Assembly (NCBI GenBank): GCA_965235115.1
Contig: OZ249436.1
Coordinates: 1,986,001-2,050,000 of the forward strand
Reading direction: 5' to 3'
Origin: Laetmonice hystrix
Taxonomy: Eukaryota
Length of the DNA: 64,000 bases
A program made the translations under genes and the position numbers. The notes beneath the pieces are model-generated. The model had not been told where the DNA came from. It made no database searches and saw nothing but the letters and a program-made list of their open reading frames with translations. Every line of letters starts with the position of its first letter. Position 1 is the stretch's first letter. Below are positions 40,401 through 51,680 of this stretch, one piece after another.

Positions 40401-43400
40401 ACCTGTGTAAGGTTCAGTAGACCTGGGACTGGCAGTTTGTTCTGTACCTGTGTAAGGTTCAGTAGACCTGGGTCTGGCAGTTTGTTCTGTACCTGTGTAA
40501 GGTTCAGTAGACCTGGGACTGGCAGTTTGTTCTGTACCTGTGTAAGGTTCAGTAGACCTGGGACTGGCAGTTTGTTGTGTACCTGTGTAAGGTTCAGTAG
40601 ACCTGGGTCTGGCAGTTTGTTGTGTACCTGTGTAAGGTTCAGTAGACCTGAGACTGGCAGTTTGTTCTGTACCTGTGTAAGGTTCAGTAGACCTGGGACT
40701 GGCAGTTTGTTGTGTACCTGTGTAAGGTTCAGTAGACCTGGGTCTGGCAGTTTGTTCTGTACCTGTGTAAGGTTCAGTAGACCTGGGACTGGCAGTTTGT
40801 TCTGTACCTGTGTAAGGTTCAGTAGACCTGGGTCTGGCAGTTTGTTCTGTACCTGTGTAAGGTTCAGTAGACCTGGGACTGGCAGTTTGTTCTGTACCTG
40901 TGTAAGGTTCAGTAGACCTGCGTCTGGCAGTTTGTTCTGTACCTGTGTAAGGTTCAGTAGACCTGGGTCTGGCAGTTTGTTCTGTACCTGTGTAAGGTTC
41001 AGTAGACCTGGGTCTGGCAGTTTGTTCTGTACCTGTGTAAGGTTCAGTAGACCTGGGACTGGCAGTTTGTTCTGTACCTGTGTAAGGTTCAGTAGACCTG
41101 GGTCTGGCAGTTTGTTCTGTACCTGTGTAAGGTTCAGTAGACCTGGGACTGGCAGTTTGTTCTGTACCTGTGTAAGGTTCAGTAGACCTGGGACTGGCAG
41201 TTTGTTCTGTACCTGTGTAAGGTTTAGTAGACCTGCGTCTGGCAGTTTGTTCTGTACCTGTGTAAGGTTCAGTAGACCTGGGTCTGGCAGTTTGTCCTGT
41301 ACCTGTGTAAGGTCCAGTAGACCTGTGTAAGGTTCAGTAGACCTGGGACTGGCAGTTTGTTCTGTACCTGTGTAAGGTTCAGTAGACCTGGGACTGGCAG
41401 TTTGTTCTGTACCTGTGTAAGGTTCAGTAGACCTGGGGACTGGCAGTTTGTTGTGTACCTGTGTAAGGTTCAGTAGACCTGGGTCTGGCAGTTTGTTCTG
41501 TACCTGTGTAAGGTTCAGTAGACCTGAGACTGGCAGTTTGTTCTGTACCTGTGTAAGGTTCAGTAGACCTGGGTCTGGCAGTTTGTTCTGTACCTGTGTA
41601 AGGTTCAGTAGACCTGAGACTGGCAGTTTGTTGTGTACCTGTGTAAGGTTCAGTAGACCTGAGACTGGCAGTTTGTTGTGTACCTGTGTAAGGTTCAGTA
41701 GACCTGAGACTGGCAGTTTGTTCTGTACCTGTGTAAGGTCCAGTAGACCTGAGACTGGCAGTTTGTTCTGTACCTGTGTAAGGTCCAGTAGACCTGAGAC
41801 TGGCAGTTTGTTCTGTACCTGTGTAAGGTTCAGTAGACCTGGGTCTGGCAGTTTGTTCTGTACAGGTCTGTGTAAGGTTCAGTAGACCTGGGTCTGGCAG
41901 TTTGTTCTGTACCTGTGTAAGGTTCAGTAGACCTGGGGACTGGCAGTTTGTTCTGTACCTGTGTAAGGTTCAGTAGACCTGGGACTGGCAGTTGGTTCTG
42001 TACAGGTCTGTGTAAGGTTCAGTAGACCTGGGACTGGCAGTTTGTTGTGTACCTGTGTAATGTTCAGTAGACCTGGGACTGGCAGTTTGTTGTGTACCTG
42101 TGTAAGGTTCAGTAGACCTGGGTCTGGCAGTTTGTTCTGTACCTGTGTAAGGTTCAGTAGACCTGGGTCTGGCAGTTTGTTGTGTACTTGTGTAAGGTTC
42201 AGTAGACCTGGGTCTGGCAGTTTGTCCTGTACCGGTGTAAGGTTCAGTAGACCTGGGTCTGGCAGTTTGTTCTGTACCTGTGTAAGGTTCAGTAGACCTG
42301 GGTCTGGCAGTTTGTTGTGTACTTGTGTAAGGTTCAGTAGACCTGGGACTGGCAGTTTGTTCTGTACCGGTGTAAGGTTCAGTAGACCTGGGTCTGGCAG
42401 TTTGTTCTGTACCTGTGTAAGGTCCAGTAGACCTGGGACTGGCAGTTTGTTCTGTACCTGTGTAAGGTTCAGTAGACCTGAGACTGGCAGTTTGTTGTGT
42501 ACCTGTGTAAGGTTCAGTAGACCTGAGACTGGCAGTTTGTTGTGTACCTGTGTAAGGTCCAGTAGACCTGGGTCTGGCAGTTTGTTCTGTACCTGTGTAA
42601 GGTTCAGTAGACCTGGGTCTGGCAGTTTGTTGTGTACCTGTGTAAGGTTCAGTAGACCTGAGACTGGCAGTTTGTTGTGTACCTGTGTAAGGTTCAGTAG
42701 ACCTGAGACTGGCAGTTTGTTGTGTACCTGTGTAAGGTTCAGTAGACCTGAGACTGGCAGTTTGTTCTGTACCTGTGTAAGGTCCAGTAGACCTGAGACT
42801 GGCAGTTTGTTCTGTACCTGTGTAAGGTTCAGTAGACCTGAGACTGGCAGTTTGTTGTGTACCTGTGTAAGGTTCAGTAGACCTGGGTCTGGCAGTTTGT
42901 TCTGTACAGGTCTGTGTAAGGTTCAGTAGACCTGGGTCTGGCAGTTTGTTCTGTACAGGTCTGTGTAAGGTTCAGTAGACCTGGGACTGGCAGTTTGTTG
43001 TGTACCTGTGTAATGTTCAGTAGACCTGGGACTGGCAGTTTGTTGTGTACCTGTGTAAGGTTCAGTAGACCTGGGTCTGGCAGTTTGTTCTGTACCTGTG
43101 TAAGGTTCAGTAGACCTGGGTCTGGCAGTTTGTTCTGTACCTGTGTAAGGTTCAGTAGACCTGGGACTGGCAGTTTGTTCTGTACCTGTGTAAGGTTCAG
43201 TAGACCTGGGACTGGCAGTTTGTTCTCTACCTGTGTAAGGTTCAGTAGACCTGTGTAAGGTTCAGTAGACCTGGGACTGGCAGTTTGTTGTGTACCTGTG
43301 TAAGGTTCAGTAGACCTGGGTCTGGCAGTTTGTTCTGTACCTGTGTAAGGTTCAGTAGACCTGGGTCTGGCAGTTTGTTCTGTACCTGTGTAAGGTTCAG

Positions 43401-46400
43401 TAGACCTGGGACTGGCAGTTTGTTCTGTACCTGTGTAAGGTTCAGTAGACCTGGGACTGGCAGTTTGTTCTGTACCTGTGTAAGGTTCAGTAGACCTGGG
43501 TCTGGCAGTTTGTTCTGTACCTGTGTAAGGTTCAGTAGACCTGGGACTGGCAGTTTGTTCTGTACCTGTGTAAGGTTCAGTAGACCTGGGTCTGGCAGTT
43601 TGTTCTGTACCTGTGTAAGGTTCAGTAGACCTGGGACTGGCAGTTTGTTGTGTACTTGTGTAAGGTTCAGTAGACCTGGGTCTGGCAGTTTGTTCTGTAC
43701 CTGTGTAAGGTTCAGTAGACCTGGGTCTGGTAGTTTGTTCTGTACCTGTGTAAGGTTCAGTAGACCTGGGACTGGCAGTTTGTTCTGTACCTGTGTAAGG
43801 TTCAGTAGACCTGGGTCTGGCAGTTTGTTCTGTACCTGTGTAAGGTTCAGTAGACCTGGGTCTGGCAGTTTGTCCTGTACCTGTGTAAGGTTCAGTAGAC
43901 CTGGGTCTGGCAGTTTGTTCTGTACCTGTGTAAGGTTCAGTAGACCTGGGTCTGGCAGTTTGTTCTGTACCTGTGTAAGGTTCAGTAGACCTGGGTCTGG
44001 CAGTTTGTTCTGTACCTGTGTAAGGTTCAGTAGACCTGGGTCTGGCAGTTTGTTCTGTACAGGTCTGTGTAAGGTTCAGTAGACCTGGGACTGGCAGTTT
44101 GTTGTGTACCTGTGTAATGTTCAGTAGACCTGGGTCTGGCAGTTTGTTCTGTACCTGTGTAAGGTTCAGTAGACCTGGGTCTGGCAGTTTGTTCTGTACC
44201 TGTGTAAGGTTCAGTAGACCTGGGTCTGGCAGTTTGTTCTGTACCTGTGTAAGGTTCAGTAGACCTGGGACTGGCAGTTTGTTCTGTACCTGTGTAAGGT
44301 TCAGTAGACCTGGGTCTGGCAGTTTGTTCTGTACCTGTGTAAGGTTCAGTAGACCTGGGTCTGGCAGTTTGTTCTGTACCTGTGTAAGGTTCAGTAGACC
44401 TGGGTCTGGCAGTTTGTTCTGTACCTGTGTAAGGTTCAGTAGACCTGGGACTGGCAGTTTGTTCTGTACCTGTGTAAGGTTCAGTAGACTTGGGACTGGC
44501 AGTTTGTTCTGTACCTGTGTAAGGTTCAGTAGACCTGGGACTGGCAGTTTGTTCTGTACCTGTGTAAGGTTCAGTAGACCTGGGTCTGGCAGTTTGTTCT
44601 GTACAGGTCTGTGTAAGGTTCAGTAGACCTGGGTCTGGCAGTTTGTTCTGTACCTGTGTAAGGTCCAGTAGACCTGGGTCTGGCAGTTTGTTCTGTACCT
44701 GTGTAAGGTTCAGTAGACCTGGGACTGGCAGTTTGTTCTGTACCTGTGTAAGGTTCAGTAGACCTGGGTCTGGCAGTTTGTTCTGTACCTGTGTAAGGTT
44801 CAGTAGACCTGGGTCTGGCAGTTTGTTCTGTACCTGTGTAAGGTTCAGTAGACCTGGGTCTGGCAGTTTGTTCTGTACCTGTGTAAGGTTCAGTAGACCT
44901 GGGTCTGGCAGTTTGTTCTGTACCTGTGTAAGGTCCAGTAGACCTGAGACTGGCAGTTTGTTGTGTACCTGTGTAAGGTTCAGTAGACCTGGGTCTGGCA
45001 GTTTGTTCTGTACCTGTGTAAGGTTCAGTAGACCTGGGTCTGGCAGTTTGTTCTGTACCTGTGTAAGGTTCAGTAGACCTGGGTCTGGCAGTTTGTTCTG
45101 TACCTGTGTAAGGTTCAGTAGACCTGAGACTGGCAGTTTGTTCTGTACCTGTGTAAGGTTCAGTAGACCTGGGTCTGGCAGTTTGTTCTGTACCTGTGTA
45201 AGGTTCAGTAGACCTGGGACTGGCAGTTTGTTCTGTACCTGTGTAAGGTTCAGTAGACCTGGGTCTGGCAGTTTGTTCTGTACCTGTGTAAGGTTCAGTA
45301 GACCTGGGTCTGGCAGTTTGTTCTGTACAGGTCTGTGTAAGGTTCAGTAGACCTGGGACTGGCAGTTTGTTCTGTACCTGTGTAAGGTTCAGTAGACCTG
45401 GGACTGGCAGTTTGTTCTGTACCTGTGTAAGGTTCAGTAGACCTGGGACTGGCAGTTTGTTTTGTACCTGTGTAAGGTTCAGTAGACCTGGGACTGGCAG
45501 TTTGTTCTGTACCTGTGTAAGGTTCAGTAGACCTGGGACTGGCAGTTTGTTCTGTACCTGTGTAAGGTTCAGTAGACCTGGGACTGGCAGTTTGTTCTGT
45601 ACCTGTGTAAGGTTCAGTAGACCTGAGACTGGCAGTTTGTTCTGTACCTGTGTAAGGTTCAGTAGACCTGGGTCTGGCAGTTTGTTCTGTACAGGTCTGT
45701 GTAAGGTTCAGTAGACCTGGGTCTGGCAGTTTGTTCTGTACAGGTCTGTGTAAGGTTCAGTAGACCTGGGACTGGCAGTTTGTTCTGTACCTGTGTAAGG
45801 TTCAGTAGACCTGGGTCTGGCAGTTTGTTCTGTACCTGTGTAAGGTTCAGTAGACCTGGGACTGGCAGTTTGTTCTGTACCTGTGTAAGGTTCAGTAGAC
45901 CTGGGACTGGCAGTTTGTTTTGTACCTGTGTAAGGTTCAGTAGACCTGGGACTGGCAGTTTGTTCTGTACCTGTGTAAGGTTCAGTAGACCTGGGACTGG
46001 CAGTTTGTTCTGTACCTGTGTAAGGTTCAGTAGACCTGAGACTGGCAGTTTGTTCTGTACCTGTGTAAGGTCCAGTAGACCTGAGACTGGCAGTTTGTTG
46101 TGTACCTGTGTAAGGTTCAGTAGACCTGAGACTGGCAGTTTGTTCTGTGCCTGTGTAAGGTTCAGTAGACCTGGGACTGGCAGTTTGTTCTGTACCTGTG
46201 TAAGGTTCAGTAGACCTGAGACTGGCAGTTTGTTCTGTACCTGTGTAAGGTTCAGTAGACCTGGGACTGGCAGTTTGTTTTGTACCTGTGTAAGGTTCAG
46301 TAGACCTGGGTCTGGCAGTTTGTTCTGTACAGGTCTGTGTAAGGTTCAGTAGACCTGGGACTGGCAGTTTGTTCTGTACCTGTGTAAGGTTCAGTAGACC

Positions 46401-47479
46401 TGAGACTGGCAGTTTGTTCTGTACCTGTGTAAGGTTCAGTAGACCTGGGACTGGCAGTTTGTTCTGTACCTGTGTAAGGTTCAGTAGACCTGGGACTGGC
46501 AGTTTGTTGTGTACCTGTGTAAGGTTCAGTAGACCTGAGACTGGCAGTTTGTTCTGTACCTGTGTAAGGTCCAGTAGACCTGAGACTGGCAGTTTGTTGT
46601 GTACCTGTGTAAGGTTCAGTAGACCTGAGACTGGCAGTTTGTTCTGTGCCTGTGTAAGGTTCAGTAGACCTGGGACTGGCAGTTTGTTCTGTACCTGTGT
46701 AAGGTTCAGTAGACCTGAGACTGGCAGTTTGTTCTGTACCTGTGTAAGGTTCAGTAGACCTGGGACTGACAGTTTGTTCTGTACCTGTGTAAGGTTCAGT
46801 AGACCTGGGTCTGGCAGTTTGTTCTGTACCTGTGTAAGGTTCAGTAGACCTGTGTAAGGTTCAGTAGACCTGGGTCTGGCAGTTTGTCCTGTACCTGTGT
46901 AAGGTTCAGTAGACCTGGGTCTGGCAGTTTGTTCTGTACCTGTGTAAGGTTCAGTAGACCTGGGTCTGGCAGTTTGTTCTGTACCTGTGTAAGGTTCAGT
47001 AGACCTGGGACTGGCAGTTTGTTCTGTACCTGTGTAAGGTTCAGTAGACCTGGGTCTGGCAGTTTGTTCTGTACCTGTGTAAGGTTCAGTAGACCTGTGT
47101 AAGGTTCAGTAGACCTGGGTCTGGCAGTTTGTCCTGTACCTGTGTAAGGTTCAGTAGACCTGGGTCTGGCAGTTTGTTCTGTACCTGTGTAAGGTTCAGT
47201 AGACCTGTGTAAGGTTCAGTAGACCTGAGACTGGCAGTTTGTTGTGTACCTGTGTAAGGTTCAGTAGACCTGAGACTGGCAGTTTGTTGTGTACCTGTGT
47301 AAGGTTCAGTAGACCTGGGTCTGGCAGTTTGTCCTGTACCTGTGTAAGGTTCAGTAGACCTGGGTCTGGCAGTTTGTTCTGTACCTGTGTAAGGTTCAGT
47401 AGACCTGGGACTGGCAGTTTGTTCTGTACAGGTCTGTGTAAGGTTCAGTAGACCTGGGTCTGGCAGTTTGTTCTGTACC
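37444..47479. repeat. Largest array: 45-bp unit, ~10 kb (~220 copies), with 49-bp and 20-bp variant units
   Basis: Unit gtttgttctgtacctgtgtaaggttcagtagacctggg(a/t)ctggca. Variants: +aggt insertion, and the short unit acctgtgtaaggttcagtag. Confidence 0.98.
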
Positions 47480-47541
47480 GTTGTTCTGAGACTGGCAGAA
47501 TCATTGATCCAGGACATGAGCGTTCAGACATACCGTTATGG

Positions 47542-49434
47542 CCCGGTCTGATGATGGGTGGAGTACGGACCGGTTTATGTGAGACCCGGCCTGATGATGG
47601 GTGGAGTACGGACCGGTTTATGTGAGACCCGGCCTGATGATGGGTGGAGTACGGACCGGTTTATGTGAGACCCGGTCTGATGATGGGTGGAGTACGGACC
47701 GGTTTATGTGAGACCCGGTCTGATGATGGGTGGAGTACGGACCGGTTTATGTGAGACCCGGTCTGATGATGGGTGGAGTACGGACCGGTTTATGTGAGAC
47801 CCGGCCTGATGATGGGTGGAGTACGGACCGGTTTATGTGAGACCCGGTCTGATGATGGGTGGAGTACGGACCGGTTTATGTGAGACCCGGCCTGATGATG
47901 GGTGGAGTACGGACCGGTTTATGTGAGACCCGGCCTGATGATGGGTGGAGTACGGACCGGTTTATGTGAGACCCGGTCTGATGATGGGTGGAGTACGGAC
48001 CGGTTTATGTGAGACCCGGTCTGATGATGGGTGGAGTACGGACCGGTTTATGTGAGACCCGGTCTGATGATGGGGGGAGTACGGACCGGTTTATGTGAGA
48101 CCCGGTCTGATGATGGGTGGAGTACGGACCGGTTTATGTGAGACCCGGTCTGATGATGGGTGGAGTACGGACCGGTTTATGTGAGACCCGGTCTGATGAT
48201 GGGTGGAGTACGGACCGGTTTATGTGAGACCCGGTCTGATGATGGGTGGAGTACGGACCGGTTTATGTGAGACCCGGCCTGATGATGGGTGGAGTACGGA
48301 CCGGTTTATGTGAGACCCGGTCTGATGATGGGTGGAGTACGGACCGGTTTATGTGAGACCCGGCCTGATGATGGGTGGAGTACGGACCGGTTTATGTGAG
48401 ACCCGGCCTGATGATGGGTGGAGTACGGACCGGTTTATGTGAGACCCGGTCTGATGATGGGTGGAGTACGGACCGGTTTATGTGAGACCCGGCCTGATGA
48501 TGGGTGGAGTACGGACAGGTTTATGTGAGACCCGGCCTGATGATGGGTGGAGTACGGACCGGTTTATGTGAGACCCGGTCTGATGATGGGTGGAGTACGG
48601 ACCGGTTTATGTGAGACCCGGTCTGATGATGGGTGGAGTACGGACCGGTTTATGTGAGACCCGGTCTGATGATGGGTGGAGTACGGACCGGTTTATGTGA
48701 GACCCGGCCTGATGATGGGTGGAGTACGGACCGGTTTATGTGAGACCCGGTCTGATGATGGGTGGAGTACGGACCGGTTTATGTGAGACCCGGTCTGATG
48801 ATGGGTGGAGTACGGACCGGTTTATGTGAGACCCGGTCTGATGATGGGTGGAGTACGGACCGGTTTATGTGAGACCCGGCCTGATGATGGGTGGAGTACG
48901 GACCGGTTTATGTGAGACCCGGCCTGATGATGGGTGGAGTACGGACCGGTTTATGTGAGACCCGGTCTGATGATGGGTGGAGTACGGACCGGTTTATGTG
49001 AGACCCGGTCTGATGATGGGTGGAGTACGGACCGGTTTATGTGAGACCCGGCCTGATGATGGGTGGAGTACGGACCGGTTTATGTGAGACCCGGTCTGAT
49101 GATGGGTGGAGTACGGACCGGTTTATGTGAGACCCGGCCTGATGATGGGTGGAGTACGGACCGGTTTATGTGAGACCCGGCCTGATGATGGGTGGAGTAC
49201 GGACCGGTTTATGTGAGACCCGGTCTGATGATGGGTGGAGTACGGACCGGTTTATGTGAGACCCGGTCTGATGATGGGTGGAGTACGGACCGGTTTATGT
49301 GAGACCCGGTCTGATGATGGGTGGAGTACGGACCGGTTTATGTGAGACCCGGCCTGATGATGGGTGGAGTACGGACCGGTTTATGTGAGACCCGGTCTGA
49401 TGATGGGTGGAGTACGGACTGGTTTATGTGAGAC
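47542..49434. repeat. Highly homogeneous minisatellite, 43-bp unit, ~44 copies
   Basis: Unit cccgg(t/c)ctgatgatgggtggagtacggaccggtttatgtgaga; period 43 (47581 to 47624). Confidence 0.97.
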
Positions 49435-49987
49435 AATAACACATGGTATCGGATTATGTCAAATATCTGTCAGTAATAATCCCAATCTCATACACCCTCG
49501 ACCTTGATCATGAAATGGCCATACCTGGGAATGAACTAAGATGAGAAGAACCTCAGGCAATGCTATATAAGAAGGTTGGATCGCAAAGCCTTTATTGCAT
49601 GCCATGCCTTCACCGTTTGCCTTTGATCCAAGCCGGGGTGGCAGCACAAAGGGCAGCACAGAGGTCGACTGACAAGATCGGGACCAGTGTTAAGTAAAGA
49701 TCTCTAAAGAGATCAGATTTTATCATCAGTAAGATGACAAACTGCATTCAGTCACCTCTGAGCTGTAGTCTGGTGATTTCCATGTTATCATTCTGTTATA
49801 TCAAATCATATTTTTTACCTGTACCCTTTGGAAACCGGAGATAATGGTTCCATGTACCGTAACATTTTACCACTGACCTCAATCTCAACATTTTACGTTT
49901 CTGTAGGTGTTTTAAGATTAGTGTTATATCATTAATCCTTGAGTCGTGTTCAGTTCAGTGCTAAGGTTGGTCTGTGTTTACATATCC

Positions 49988-50083
49988 CAGGGCGCGTTTC
50001 ACAATGATCGTTAACTTGTGCGTTAAATCCCCCATTGAAAATACATTGGTTTTAACGATACGACAAGTTAACGACAGGTTGTG
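49988..50083. mobile_element. Truncated palindromic MITE-like fragment (possibly Harbinger-type)
   Basis: Begins gggcgcgtttcacaa; internal inverted arms tcgttaacttgt...acaagttaacga. The right end is replaced by a poly-C run. The family guess is an inference. Confidence 0.45.
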
Positions 50084-50108
50084 CCCCCCCCCCCCGGGCT
50101 GGTGCAGA

Positions 50109-50254
50109 GGCCGCAGTGATTCAGTGGTCCAGGTCTGTAGCTACAGATCACAGAGCCTCGAGGTTGCAATCCCGTAATAAAGTCTTTGGCAGAGTTCAGA
50201 TGTAATCTATTTGCTCCAAGGTCGCTATTTTCTCCGGGTACTACAGTACCACCC
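50109..50254 (+). mobile_element. Decayed tRNA-derived SINE with partial V-domain core
   Basis: ggccgcagtgattcagtggt (A-box-like), ggttgcaatccc (B-box-like) and ttttctccgggtact (V-domain core) occur in the expected order. Confidence 0.65.
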
Positions 50255-50600
50255 AGGCGCTAAAACTTAGAATTACTACATCGTGTCGGTGTCACATAGA
50301 ATTTGATTGAACAAGAAAATCAGCTGATGACAAATGTCCAATTGACCAAACGACTATATCATTTTGTTCCCTGTCTAACATCTCAATTATTCCGTTTCAT
50401 ATCCCTTTTTCTCCCACATGTCAACTTTTGACCTTGGCTTTTTTTAAAAAGAAGAAGTGTCCTTTGATGTTCTTATCACGAATTAGTTTGCTCATTTCAG
50501 GTAGCGGCTGTAATCATATCGTAATGAGAAAAAGAAAAAAACTTGGCGAAAAAAAAACTGTTTGAGAACCACATCACAGTTAGGAAAGGGCTTATTTGAA

Positions 50601-51222
50601 AAGGCCAATGAGTTCTCCGTGAATTGTAGGCCTATCTCCTTGTATCTGTGGTCATCTTAGTGTAAGGCCAGTGAGTTATCCGTGAATTGTAGGCCTATCT
50701 CCTTGAATCTGTGGTCATCTTAGTGTAAGGCCAGTGAGTTCTCCGTGAATTGTAGGCCTATCTCCTTGAATCTGTGGTCATCTTAGTGTAAGGCCAGTGA
50801 GTTCTCCGTGAATTGTAGACCTATCTCCGTGTATCTGTGGTCATCTTAGTGTAAGGCCAGTGAGTTCTCCGTGAATTGTAGACCCATCTCCTTGTATCTG
50901 TGGGCATCTTAGTGTAAGGTCAGTGAGTTCTCCGTGAATTGTAGACCCATCTCCTTGTATCTGTGGGCATCTTAGTGTAAGGCCAGTGAGTTCTCCGTGA
51001 ATTGTAGACCCATCTCCTTGTATCTGTGGTCATCTTAGTGTAAGGTCAGTGAGTTCTCCGTGAATTGTAGACCTGTCTTCTTGTATCTGTGGTCATCTTA
51101 GTGTAAGGTCAGTGAGTTCTCCGTGAATTGTAGACCTGTCTCCTTGTATCTGTGGTCATCTTAGTGTAAGGTCAGTGAGTTCTCCGTGAATTGTAGACCC
51201 ATCTCCTTGTATCTGTGGTCAG
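50601..51222. repeat. Minisatellite, 63-bp unit, ~10 copies
   Basis: Unit aaggccagtgagttctccgtgaattgtaggcctatctccttgtatctgtggtcatcttagtgt (50601 to 50664). Confidence 0.96.
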
Positions 51223-51680
51223 TGTATTAAACTGAAGATCAACCGGATACTGTATGTGAGCTAGGTCAGGACTAGAATGGAGTTCACTTTTGGTCATTTC
51301 TTTGTTAAAAGTGGGGGATTGGATTACGTGCATAAACTGGCCGAGAAGGCCAGCTCGGCGAGTTGGGAATAGTTTGAGGTCGTCGGGCAGGCTAGCAGGC
51401 AGGCGCACAGGCAGGCAGGCGGGTAGGCAGGACCCTCAGGCTGCTGCAGATCCCCCCGGTTTAAAATGTATTTTGGGTTTGAAGAGTGGAATTGCCCAAG
51501 GCTGCAGTCACTCGCCTGGCCTGTGAGCGGGCGTGATTGTGTCATATAATGACACAGATAAAATGTGTAGATCGAGGCACGGAAATGTCAGTGTGGAGCT
51601 ATTTCTGTCGTGGCCGTCGAGTGTTAAATATTAGCGATGAGAAAGTGTGAGTGCCAGTACGTGGTGGCTGGGCGTGATGT

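Noticed and set aside
37519..47517. Cys-rich ORFs (FCTCVRFSRPGTGSL)n
   Set aside because: Translation of the tandem unit; frameshifting 49- and 20-bp variants are freely interspersed.
47542..49434. Satellite-encoded hammerhead ribozyme (CTGATGA ... GAGAC-ccg-GTC)
   Set aside because: It has GAGA rather than the invariant GAAA, no credible stem II, and the GTC overlaps the next CTGATGA so no stem I can form. An Infernal search with Rfam hammerhead models would settle it.
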